Shown piece by piece: positions 27,820 to 35,992 of a stretch of DNA of 44,984 bases. Made by a program: the position numbers and the translations under genes. The stretch covers positions 1 through 44,984 of the forward strand of contig CAZCOP010000001.1 in NCBI GenBank assembly GCA_964499825.1, given 5' to 3'. The DNA comes from an uncultured Candidatus Bathyarchaeia archaeon (GTDB lineage Archaea; Thermoproteota; Bathyarchaeia; Bathyarchaeales; B26-1). How positions within the stretch are numbered: the stretch's first letter is position 1; each line of letters opens with the position of its first letter. Below the pieces are notes generated by a model that did not search any database, had not been told where the DNA came from, and saw only the letters and a list, made by a program, of their open reading frames with translations.

Positions 27820-28350
27820 CTACATCAACTCCTCAGCCTTCTCGCCATAAAGGTTCTCAGCCACATCACGGGTTAATTCTTCAGGGGTCTTGGCGAAGAG
27901 GTTGTGGGAGATTGAAGGTCCCTCCTTAACGAGTCTTAGGGCGTCATAACCAGCCTCGGTACACACTTTCACGCATTCCGGGTCACCCCCGCATAGGTCA
28001 CAGATTAGAACGTAGTTATCCCTTGGGTGGATGTGGGGTATATTCCCGGGGCAGGCCTCTATGCAGACGCCACAGCCCGTGCACTTATCCCTATCAACCA
28101 GGACGGCTGATGTCTCCTCATCAACTGACAGGGCATCGAGGGGGCAAGCCTCTACACAGGGATAGTCGGTGCACTGAACGCAGAGGTGCGGTATCTCAAC
28201 CCCGGGTATTAACATGAAAACCCTGACCCTCGAGGCTTCAGGCCAGATGGCGCCTTCATGGTGTAGGGTGCAGGCTATCTCGCACCTCCTACATCCGGTG
28301 CATCTAAGGTAGTCCCTGCTTATCCATAACCTACCTTTAGCTTTAGCCAT
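27820..28350 (-). CDS. Four-cluster [4Fe-4S] electron-transfer protein (AOR-associated polyferredoxin)
   Basis: 176 aa with four Cys motifs: CTGCRRCEIAC, CVQCTDYPCVEACP, CTGCGVCIEACP and CDLCGGDPECVKVC. Its stop lies 1 nt from the AOR start. Confidence 0.85.
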   Translation of the reverse strand: MAKAKGRLWISRDYLRCTGCRRCEIACTLHHEGAIWPEASRVRVFMLIPGVEIPHLCVQCTDYPCVEACPLDALSVDEETSAVLVDRDKCTGCGVCIEACPGNIPHIHPRDNYVLICDLCGGDPECVKVCTEAGYDALRLVKEGPSISHNLFAKTPEELTRDVAENLYGEKAEELM

Positions 28351-28654
28351 AACCTCTCACCGAGGTGATCATTATTCGTTCCTCATCTATTATAAAGTCT
28401 TTGATCGTTAAGCCTAGAAATTTACGTCCAGTTAACGTATACGTCTCTTCTTCTATCATTGCTCCCCCCGGGTTTCTCAGTAAGGCCTCGGCGCCCATTA
28501 AGGTTAGGCCATAGAATTCACCAGCCTTCATCCCAGCCTCAGCTTCTATGGAGCCTGTAATCATCCGCGTCACCTTTGGGTTTGATGAAAGCCTTGCCCT
28601 GTCAGTGTTGGACACGGCGTCAGAACTCCTTCCTTCCCAAGCCAGTCCGCACAA
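28343..28654 (-). CDS. Hypothetical small protein upstream of the Fe-S/AOR genes
   Basis: The ORF overlaps the ferredoxin start by 8 nt. The likely true start is the internal MITGSIEAE.., giving about 73 aa. I recognise no motif. Confidence 0.35.
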   Translation of the reverse strand: MCGLAWEGRSSDAVSNTDRARLSSNPKVTRMITGSIEAEAGMKAGEFYGLTLMGAEALLRNPGGAMIEEETYTLTGRKFLGLTIKDFIIDEERIMITSVRGYG

Positions 28655-28727
28655 AATAGGTCCCTAAGCCTAACATCTAATACTTCTAGGAAGTAAAAGC
28701 ATGGCTTTCCCCGCAACTCTCAGACGG

Positions 28728-28738
28728 TTAATTTAAAT
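28728..28738 (+). promoter_or_regulatory. Candidate TATA box for the aldolase-AOR2 operon
   Basis: ttaatttaaat lies about 20-30 nt upstream of the first possible start (28759), within the 104-nt divergent intergenic region. Confidence 0.35.
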
Positions 28739-28758
28739 CCTCATAGATTGATTAATCT

Positions 28759-29418
28759 TTGGAGGTTTTGGTCTTGAGCGGGGAACTCTTTAGCGAGGAG
28801 GAGATCAAGCAGGAGATTTGCAGGGTTATGTCAGCCCTATACCGTAGAGGGTTGATATCAGCGACAGGGGGGAATGTGAGCGCTAGGATGCCGGGTTCAA
28901 GGGAGTTCTGGATAACCCCAAGCGGGATCTTCAAGGGTGAACTCTCACCGGACGATCTGGTCAAGGTGAACCTTAAGGGTGAAGTTGTTGAGGGATACAT
29001 GAAGCCATCGGTTGAAACCCCTATGCATAGGGCAATATACGAGAAGAGGCTCGACGTTAACGCCATAGTCCACGCCCATAACCCTGTTGCGACTGGGTTA
29101 GCCCTCGCCGGCGTGGAGATCCAACCCATCACCATAGAGGCCGTTGTAACCCTCAGAAGGGTCCCAATCGTCCCCTTCTTCTACCCTGGAACCGAGGACC
29201 TAGCCAAAGCCGTAGCTGAACATATACTCGGCGTTAGGGCCCTTATACTCCAGAACCACGGGGTTGTCGGCGTCGGCTTCAACCTCGTTGAGGCTGAGAC
29301 CATAGTTGAGACATTGGAGGAGGTAGCCATGACCCAGTGGGTTGCCCAACACTTCGGGAAGCCCCCGCTGATACCTGAGAAGGATAGGGAGCTCATAATG
29401 AAGCTATACGGCGTATAA
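28759..29418 (+). CDS. Class II aldolase/adducin-domain protein (FucA / L-ribulose-5-P 4-epimerase-like)
   Basis: 219 aa. ATGGNVSAR, ITPSG, PSVETPMHRAIY, VHAHNP and LQNHGVV (metal-binding His residues) are present. Confidence 0.82.
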   Translation: MEVLVLSGELFSEEEIKQEICRVMSALYRRGLISATGGNVSARMPGSREFWITPSGIFKGELSPDDLVKVNLKGEVVEGYMKPSVETPMHRAIYEKRLDVNAIVHAHNPVATGLALAGVEIQPITIEAVVTLRRVPIVPFFYPGTEDLAKAVAEHILGVRALILQNHGVVGVGFNLVEAETIVETLEEVAMTQWVAQHFGKPPLIPEKDRELIMKLYGV

Positions 29419-29434
29419 CTGGAGCTGGAGGGGT

Positions 29435-31279
29435 ATGCCGGACGAGTGGCACGGATACACGGGTAAGATACTGCGGATAGACCTCTCGAGGGGGACGGTG
29501 AAGACCCAGGAGTTGAGGAAGGAGGACGCCGTAAGGTTTATAGGCGGGGTTGGGCTAGCCGCAAAGATAATCCACGACGAAGTAGGCCCAGAGGTATCAC
29601 CATACAACCCAGATAACCTCCTAGTATTCATGACCGGGCCGCTTGAGGGAACCATGGTTCCATGCTCAGCTAGGTATGCGGTCTGCGCTAGGTCCCCCCT
29701 AACCGGAGCTTGGGGTGAAGCCCACGCGTCGGGTTTCTGGGGTCCTGAGTTGAAGGCGGCCGGTTACGATGGGATAATCATCGTCGGGAGGGCTGAGAAA
29801 CCCGTCTACATCAAGGTCTTCGATAACGACGTTGAGGTGGTTGACGCTGACCACCTGTGGGGTTTGGGTTGTATAGAGACCGAGAACGCGCTCAAGAAGG
29901 AGCTTGATGGGAGGGTTAAGGTTGCATCTATAGGGCCCGCCGGTGAGAAGCTCGTCCGCTTCGCATCGATACTGAACGATGAGGGGAGGGCTGCTGGGCG
30001 TTGCGGTATGGGCGCAGTTATGGGCTCCAAGAGGCTTAAGGCGGTCGCGGTCTTGGGTTCAAGCCACGTTAGAGTCGCCGACCCAAACAGATTGAGGAGC
30101 TTCATAAGGAGGCTCTACCCAGTCCTGATGTCCTTCCCAACGACCCAGATACACTCAGCCTACGGAACCAACGGGGAGATGGCGTCCTTCTACGAGTATG
30201 GGGATGTCCCGATAAAGCACTTCACTATGGGCTCATGGGATGGAATCCGAAAGATAGACGGCCACGCGATGGCTGAGGCCATAGTTAAGGGGCAACGTGC
30301 ATGCCTCGGCTGCCCGATAGGCTGTTGGAGGATCGTGAAGGTTGAGGCCGGACCTTACGCAGGCGTTGAGGGTAGGGGTCCCGAGTATGAGACGGTCGCA
30401 TCCTTTGGCGCCCTACTCCTAAACGACGATATAGAGGCCATAGCCAAGGCCAACCAGATATGCAACCACTACGGGATGGACACGATCTCGACGGGTGTGA
30501 GCATAGCCTTCGCGATGGAGTGCTACGAGAGGGGGATAATAGACGAGAAAACAACGGGAGGATTGGATCTGAGGTGGGGCGATGCTGATTCCATATTGAG
30601 GCTTACCGAGATGATAGGGAGGAGGGAGGGCTTCGGCGATATACTTGCGGAGGGCGTTAGGAGGGCCGCCGAGAGGATAGGGCGTGGAGCCGAGAAGTAC
30701 GCGATGCACGTCAAGGGCTTGGAGATACCGATGCACGATCCAAGGGCCTTCCATGGGATGGGCCTCCAATACGCAACATCGAATAGGGGAGCCTGCCACA
30801 TGAACGGTTTCGTGATCAGGATTGAGCAGGGGGAGAGGATGACAGACCTGAAGATATACGAGAGGGTTGACAGGTTCGAGACTAGGGGTAAGGGTAGGAT
30901 AGTTGCCCTGATGCAGAACTGGCATGAGGTCCTAGACTCAACGATAACGTGCAAGTTCCTAGCGGTCTCACCTGGACACCTAGCCGGCTTCTACACGATG
31001 GTTACCGGCTTCACGATGAGGGTTCCGGAGATGATAGAGGCTGGGGAGAGGATATTCAACATAAAGAGGCTCTTCAACGTAAGGTGTGGAATAACCCGCA
31101 AGGATGACACACTTCCGGATAGATTCAGGAAGGAGCCTCTACCAAATGGAGGGGCGAAGGGTAGAACCGTTAAGTTGGATGAGATGTTGGAGGAGTACTA
31201 CCGGTTTAGGGGTTGGGATGAGGATGGTAAGCCCAGCGAGGAGACCCTCAGGAGGCTGGGTTTAACCACAAACCCATAA
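29435..31279 (+). CDS. aor: Tungsten-containing aldehyde:ferredoxin oxidoreductase family protein (paralogue 2)
   Basis: 614 aa. The canonical cluster motif CLGCPIGC, PEYET, SNRGACH and DS.TC are present. It starts 16 nt downstream of the aldolase gene. Confidence 0.9.
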   Translation: MPDEWHGYTGKILRIDLSRGTVKTQELRKEDAVRFIGGVGLAAKIIHDEVGPEVSPYNPDNLLVFMTGPLEGTMVPCSARYAVCARSPLTGAWGEAHASGFWGPELKAAGYDGIIIVGRAEKPVYIKVFDNDVEVVDADHLWGLGCIETENALKKELDGRVKVASIGPAGEKLVRFASILNDEGRAAGRCGMGAVMGSKRLKAVAVLGSSHVRVADPNRLRSFIRRLYPVLMSFPTTQIHSAYGTNGEMASFYEYGDVPIKHFTMGSWDGIRKIDGHAMAEAIVKGQRACLGCPIGCWRIVKVEAGPYAGVEGRGPEYETVASFGALLLNDDIEAIAKANQICNHYGMDTISTGVSIAFAMECYERGIIDEKTTGGLDLRWGDADSILRLTEMIGRREGFGDILAEGVRRAAERIGRGAEKYAMHVKGLEIPMHDPRAFHGMGLQYATSNRGACHMNGFVIRIEQGERMTDLKIYERVDRFETRGKGRIVALMQNWHEVLDSTITCKFLAVSPGHLAGFYTMVTGFTMRVPEMIEAGERIFNIKRLFNVRCGITRKDDTLPDRFRKEPLPNGGAKGRTVKLDEMLEEYYRFRGWDEDGKPSEETLRRLGLTTNP

Positions 31280-31284
31280 GCAAA

Positions 31285-31292
31285 CTTTAAAT
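31285..31292 (+). promoter_or_regulatory. Candidate TATA box for the complex I-like operon
   Basis: ctttaaat (context caaactttaaatctc) is the only strong A/T box between the AOR2 stop (31279) and the nuoA-like coding text. Confidence 0.4.
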
Positions 31293-31461
31293 CTCACATC
31301 TGATTATGTTATAGAACCCGATAACCAGCGGATGGAGGCGTACATGGACGTTAATCGAGTCGGCGACAGCCTTCGCGGTCATCCTAGCATCATCGATACT
31401 AATCTATCTACTCGCTAGGCTGCTGGCTCCCAAACCTCCGAGGAATCGAGATAAGGTCTCC

Positions 31462-31674
31462 ATGTACGCTTGTGGGGAGAGGGTTCGTTCTGGAAGATTT
31501 GTAATAGACATAACATTATACAAGTACCTCGTATACTTCATAATCCTCGACTCCTCGGTTCTACTACTAGCCTTCGCAGCCCTAACACCAACTCCGATAA
31601 GCCTACCTCTCCTACTGGTCTACATCTCAACCCTACTGGCAGCCACTATACTACTAGCAACGGGTGGTGACTAA
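31462..31674 (+). CDS. nuoA: NuoA-like membrane subunit (minimal ORF; conserved N-terminal helix lies upstream without a start codon)
   Basis: SMYACGER.. is followed by two hydrophobic helices, matching the NuoA YECGE region. The same frame is open back to 31315 and encodes ..ESATAFAVILASSILIYLLARLLAPKPP.. (the expected TM1) with no ATG/GTG/TTG. Confidence 0.7.
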   Translation: MYACGERVRSGRFVIDITLYKYLVYFIILDSSVLLLAFAALTPTPISLPLLLVYISTLLAATILLATGGD

Positions 31675-32113
31675 AACGCAAAGATGGAGCCCGATAAGAT
31701 GGGCGAGGTTGAAATCCCCCTGGATACTGCACTTCAATAGCGGAGCGTGTAACGCATGCGACATAGAGGTTTTAGCCCTCCTAACACCTAGATACGACCT
31801 TGAAAGGTTCGGGGTTCTCCACAAGGCAACCCCAAGACACGCCGATATACTCGTCGCAACTGGACCCGTAACCAGGCAGGCCGCTCCGAGGCTTAAGAGG
31901 ATCTACAAGCAGATGCCGGAGCCGAAGTTTGTGATAGCTGTCGGCACATGTGCATGTTCAGGGGGAGTCTTCAAGAAGTGCTACAACGTCCTTAAGGGCG
32001 TTGATAAGGTTATCCCCGTCGATGTTTATGTCCCCGGGTGTCCGCCGAAGCCTGAGGCCATACTATACGGGATCATGAAGTTGCTGGGGAAGATCGAGAA
32101 GGTGGGAGGCTGA
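31664..32113 (+). CDS. nuoB: NuoB-like / group 4 [NiFe]-hydrogenase small subunit
   Basis: 149 aa. The cluster ligands are SGACNACDIE (CxxC, hydrogenase type), GTCACSGG and PGCPP. The GTG start overlaps nuoA. Confidence 0.88.
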   Translation: MVTKTQRWSPIRWARLKSPWILHFNSGACNACDIEVLALLTPRYDLERFGVLHKATPRHADILVATGPVTRQAAPRLKRIYKQMPEPKFVIAVGTCACSGGVFKKCYNVLKGVDKVIPVDVYVPGCPPKPEAILYGIMKLLGKIEKVGG

Positions 32114-32116
32114 GAG

Positions 32117-33790
32117 ATGGACTTCGAGGATGAGGTTATCGGCTTAATCAGGGATAAGCTTGGAGGCAAGGTGTTGGAGGCTGAGGTTCCAACTGAGAGG
32201 AGAGTATACATATCACTCAAACCGGGCCTTCATAGGGATGCCATCTCGACGCTCCTCGAGGCCTACCCGACGACGATAATCTCGACGATAACCGGTGTCG
32301 ATTTGGGCGACTACATCGAGCTGAACTACCACCTCTGGTGCGGCAGAGCGGAGGTAACCATCAGAACAAAGGTGCCGAAGCTAAAACCGGAGATAGATAC
32401 CATAACAGACATCATACCCGGTGCAGCCCTATACGAGAGGGAGGTCTTCGACCTACTTGGAGTCAGATTCATAAACCACCCAGACCTAAGGAGGCTGCTA
32501 CTACCGGAGGACTGGCCTGAGGGTGAGTACCCGCTTAGGAAGGAATGGAAGCCCAAATCCCTAGAAGAATCAACAGCCACGGGCAGGCGGCTTCTTAAGG
32601 GTGAGAACCTAAGGAGTTCAACCGGGGAGGGAACCGTCATAAACGTGGTTGTTGGACCCCAACACCCAGCCCTCCACGAACCCGAGAGGTTCCTCTTTAA
32701 GGTTGACGGGGAGGTTGTAGTCGATGTTGAACCTAGGCTCGGCTATGCCCATAGGGGTATAGAGAAGGCAGCTGAACAGTTGATGTTCTTCCAGGATGTC
32801 CACTTGGTTGAGAGAATATGCGGCATATGCAACGTGGCTCACACAACATGCTTCTGTGAAGGCGTCGAGGCTCTCGGCGGGATAGATGTCCCGCCTAGAG
32901 GCAGATACCTCAGGACGATAGTCCACGAGTTGAATAGGATACACAGCCACCTCCTCCTCCTCGGCGTTACCGGCTTGGAGATGGGCTTTGAGTCCCTATT
33001 CCAGTATATATGGCGTGACCGAGAGATAGTTCTAGACTTAACCGAGAAGTTAACCGGAAACAGGGTTATGGCGGAGTATAACACGATAGGCGGAGTCAGG
33101 AGGGATCTAAACCCGAAATTGGCCGAGGAGATGAGGGAGAAACTTGGAGTTCTCAGGGATAGGATGCTCTTCTACCGCGGAGTCTTCGAGGACGACCCAA
33201 CCTTCGAGGCTAGGACTAAGGATGTTGGGGTTCTAAGGGATGAGGATGCCCTAAAGCTCTGCGTGGTTGGACCGGTCGCCAGAGGGTCAGGGATCGAGAT
33301 AGATGTCAGGAAGCATGACCCATACGCCGCCTACGACGAGATACCCTTCAGAGAAGTGATCTACAAGGAGGGCGACTCATGGGCCCGCCTCATGGTTCGA
33401 CTAGACGAGGTAATCGAGAGCATAGATGTAATCTCCTACGCCGTTGAGAACCTCCCACCCGGACCGTACAGGGTTAGGGTTCCGAGGAGGATGCCTAAGG
33501 GTGAGGTTCTGAGTAGGGTTGAGGCGCCACGCGGCGAACTGGTTCATTACATTAGAAGCAACGGCTCCGCCTACCCCGAACGGGTGAAGATAAGGTCCCC
33601 AACCTTAGCGAATATAATATGCTTCAGGGAGATAATTCGGGGCTGTTACGTTGCGGATATACCGGTCGTCCTCGCCAGTTTAGACCCATGCTTCTCATGT
33701 ACGGATAGGATGACCTTCGTAGATGTGAATGATGGGCGGAGGTGGACTTGGAGCATGAATGAGGTAAGGAGGAGGCCTAGAGGGCGGTGA
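32117..33790 (+). CDS. nuoCD: Fused NuoC-NuoD homologue with intact [NiFe] ligand motifs (HycE-like hydrogenase large subunit)
   Basis: 557 aa. The N-terminal 30-kDa-like domain (..YEREVFDLLGV.F..HPDLRRLLLPEDW) is followed by GPQHPA, ERICGICNVAH and the C-terminal DPCFSCTDR. A 26-aa tail, MTFVDVNDGRRWTWSMNEVRRRPRGR, follows. Confidence 0.88.
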   Translation: MDFEDEVIGLIRDKLGGKVLEAEVPTERRVYISLKPGLHRDAISTLLEAYPTTIISTITGVDLGDYIELNYHLWCGRAEVTIRTKVPKLKPEIDTITDIIPGAALYEREVFDLLGVRFINHPDLRRLLLPEDWPEGEYPLRKEWKPKSLEESTATGRRLLKGENLRSSTGEGTVINVVVGPQHPALHEPERFLFKVDGEVVVDVEPRLGYAHRGIEKAAEQLMFFQDVHLVERICGICNVAHTTCFCEGVEALGGIDVPPRGRYLRTIVHELNRIHSHLLLLGVTGLEMGFESLFQYIWRDREIVLDLTEKLTGNRVMAEYNTIGGVRRDLNPKLAEEMREKLGVLRDRMLFYRGVFEDDPTFEARTKDVGVLRDEDALKLCVVGPVARGSGIEIDVRKHDPYAAYDEIPFREVIYKEGDSWARLMVRLDEVIESIDVISYAVENLPPGPYRVRVPRRMPKGEVLSRVEAPRGELVHYIRSNGSAYPERVKIRSPTLANIICFREIIRGCYVADIPVVLASLDPCFSCTDRMTFVDVNDGRRWTWSMNEVRRRPRGR

Positions 33791-34785
33791 TCCCTGACCT
33801 AAACTTCATCTTCAGGGTTCTAGTCTTCCCGGGTTTTCTATTCCTCCTATCCTTCTCCCTCTTCTGCGACTGGTTCGAAAGGAAGGTTATGGCTAGGATG
33901 CAGAATAGGATGGGGCCGTCTTACACCGGACCCTTCGGGATACTCCAGCCCCTAGCGGATTACATCAAGCTATTGACGAAGGAGGATATAACCCCCGATC
34001 ACGTTGAGGGTCTACTCTTCACCCTAACCCCGTTATTCTCATTCTCCCTCTTCACGTTCTCGATCTTCTACTTTCCATTGGATGGAGTTAACGTCTTCTC
34101 GAACCCCGGTTTCGAGGGAGACCTCCTCCTCGTACTTGCCATAGTGACCTTCGCCCACTTCACCCTCTTCCTCTCAGGGTGGTCCTCATCTAACCCCTAC
34201 AGCGGGATAGGGGCTGTCAGAATACTGACCCAGTTCATAGGATATGATATACCGCTCCTCATACTCTCATTAGGTCCAGCATTCCTCGTTGGGAGCCTCT
34301 CGCTAAACAGGATAGCCTCACACCAGCCTGTGCCCTTCGCCATCCTGATACCGTGGGTCTTCCTCCCCTTCCTCATAACCCTACAAGCAGAGCTGGAGGA
34401 GGATCCCTTCGATATACCACACGCCGAGACCGAGATAGTAGCCGGCTACGGGACAGAGTTCTCCGGGAGGAAGCTCGCCTTCATAAACCTCTCGAAGGAT
34501 GTCCAGATAATCTTCGGAGCGATCCTGACGGTTGAGCTTTTCCTAGGTGGACCTTACGGACCGACGCCCTCTGAGCCGCATAGGCTCTGGTTCACGTTAT
34601 GGCTTATCCTTAAGGTTCTCTTCGTCATATTCATACTCGAATTCGTTGAGGCGATCTGTGCAAGGTTCAGGATAGACCAGATTGTGAGGGCGAACTGGAG
34701 GCTGATGATACCGTTATCCATCCTGTCTATAGCCTTGACGATCCTGTATGCGCCCTTGGTGAGACCGTTGATCGGAGGTGTGTAA
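33787..34785 (+). CDS. nuoH: NuoH-like membrane subunit
   Basis: 332 aa and polytopic. GPFGILQPLADYIKLLTKED matches the NuoH/HycD signature. The start has a GTGA overlap. Confidence 0.88.
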   Translation: MIPDLNFIFRVLVFPGFLFLLSFSLFCDWFERKVMARMQNRMGPSYTGPFGILQPLADYIKLLTKEDITPDHVEGLLFTLTPLFSFSLFTFSIFYFPLDGVNVFSNPGFEGDLLLVLAIVTFAHFTLFLSGWSSSNPYSGIGAVRILTQFIGYDIPLLILSLGPAFLVGSLSLNRIASHQPVPFAILIPWVFLPFLITLQAELEEDPFDIPHAETEIVAGYGTEFSGRKLAFINLSKDVQIIFGAILTVELFLGGPYGPTPSEPHRLWFTLWLILKVLFVIFILEFVEAICARFRIDQIVRANWRLMIPLSILSIALTILYAPLVRPLIGGV

Positions 34786-35179
34786 GGGCATGGTTAGGGT
34801 GAAGGCCCCGAGGATGGTGAGGGAGGTCCTGACAGCCCTCTTCAAGAGGCCGTTTACAAGACAGTACCCATTCGTCAAGCCTGAGCCTCCAGAAGGGCTC
34901 AGGGGTAGACAGGTATTCCATCCGGAGAGGTGTATAGGGTGCGGCCTCTGCGCTAGGGACTGCCCAGCTGGAGCCATAGAGATGGTTGAGGTCTCGGGTA
35001 AGAGGATGCCCCTCATCCACCTTGACAGCTGCATCTTCTGTTACGTATGCGTGGAGAACTGTCCCAGAAACGCGATAGTTGAGTCAACCCTCTATGAGCT
35101 TGCCTCGACAAGCAAGGATGAGCTTGTTATAAGGCCCTACGAGAGCCAATCCGCCTCATCAGGGGGTGTTGACGGATGA
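34778..35179 (+). CDS. nuoI: NuoI-like 2x[4Fe-4S] subunit
   Basis: CIGCGLCARDCP and CIFCYVCVENCP are present. The start may be the ATG at 34790. Confidence 0.88.
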   Translation: MCKGMVRVKAPRMVREVLTALFKRPFTRQYPFVKPEPPEGLRGRQVFHPERCIGCGLCARDCPAGAIEMVEVSGKRMPLIHLDSCIFCYVCVENCPRNAIVESTLYELASTSKDELVIRPYESQSASSGGVDG

Positions 35180-35661
35180 TTATCCCATATGAGGATTTGA
35201 TCGCCGTCTTGCTCGTCGCCTCAGCCTTCCTAGCTGTACACATGGATGATACAACCCATTCAGTCATCTCCTTCGGTTTCATGTTCGCGGTGCTCTCCAC
35301 CCTATACTTCGCCCTAGGTGCCTACTTTGCAGCCGTCTTCCAAATAGTTGTAGCTGTTGGAACCATAGCGGTCTTCTTCCTCGCAGGCGAGATGCTCACA
35401 TCGAAGAGGAGAGCCAGGAAGGGAGGAGCCCGCAAGACCCTGGAGTTTGCGGCCGCCGTGCTCCTCTCCATACCGGCGCTCATCTCCAAGTTTGAGTTCA
35501 ACACGTTGATGAAGCCTCAGGGTTTATCCTTCCAGAGGGCCCTATGGGAGTTCAGGGCTCTAGATGTTGTGGCCCAAGGGGTCGTCGTCCTAACTCTAGC
35601 CCTCGGGGTCGTCATAGTTCTCAGGGAGAGGCGGCGTGTAGAGAAGAGGAGGGTTGGTTAG
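35176..35661 (+). CDS. nuoJ: NuoJ-like membrane subunit
   Basis: 161-aa hydrophobic protein at the NuoJ position, with ATGA overlap coupling. Confidence 0.7.
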   Translation: MIIPYEDLIAVLLVASAFLAVHMDDTTHSVISFGFMFAVLSTLYFALGAYFAAVFQIVVAVGTIAVFFLAGEMLTSKRRARKGGARKTLEFAAAVLLSIPALISKFEFNTLMKPQGLSFQRALWEFRALDVVAQGVVVLTLALGVVIVLRERRRVEKRRVG

Positions 35662-35992
35662 GTTGGAGTATATCGTTCTCTCTGCAACCCTGCTGGCGAT
35701 AGGTGTATACGGCCTCCTAACGAAGAGGAACCTACTCAAGATGTTGATCTCCATCGAGATGATAGCGGCGGCTGCGAGTATGAACTTCGTGGTCTTCGCA
35801 TCATCAGCTGGTGGAAGCCTCGGGCAGGTCTTCCTCACCCTAGCGTTGTCGGTTGACACAGCCATAACCGCGATAGTCATAGCTCTGGTTCTGGTCTCGT
35901 ATAGGGAGTTTAGGGTTCTGGATGTATGGGACCTCTCAAGACTTGGCAGGAGGAGGGAACGTAAACACAAACTTGGGGAGGTTGAGGAGTGA
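35654..35992 (+). CDS. nuoK: NuoK-like membrane subunit
   Basis: About 100-112 aa with three helices and a membrane Glu in ..LISIEMI.. It is at the NuoK position. Confidence 0.75.
   Translation: MVRLEYIVLSATLLAIGVYGLLTKRNLLKMLISIEMIAAAASMNFVVFASSAGGSLGQVFLTLALSVDTAITAIVIALVLVSYREFRVLDVWDLSRLGRRRERKHKLGEVEE

Noticed and set aside
31470-31670. 66-aa alternative-frame ORF inside nuoA.
   Set aside because: The overlapping frame (31462..31674) carries the NuoA YACGE motif and hydrophobic helices. This frame is hydrophilic and unconserved-looking.
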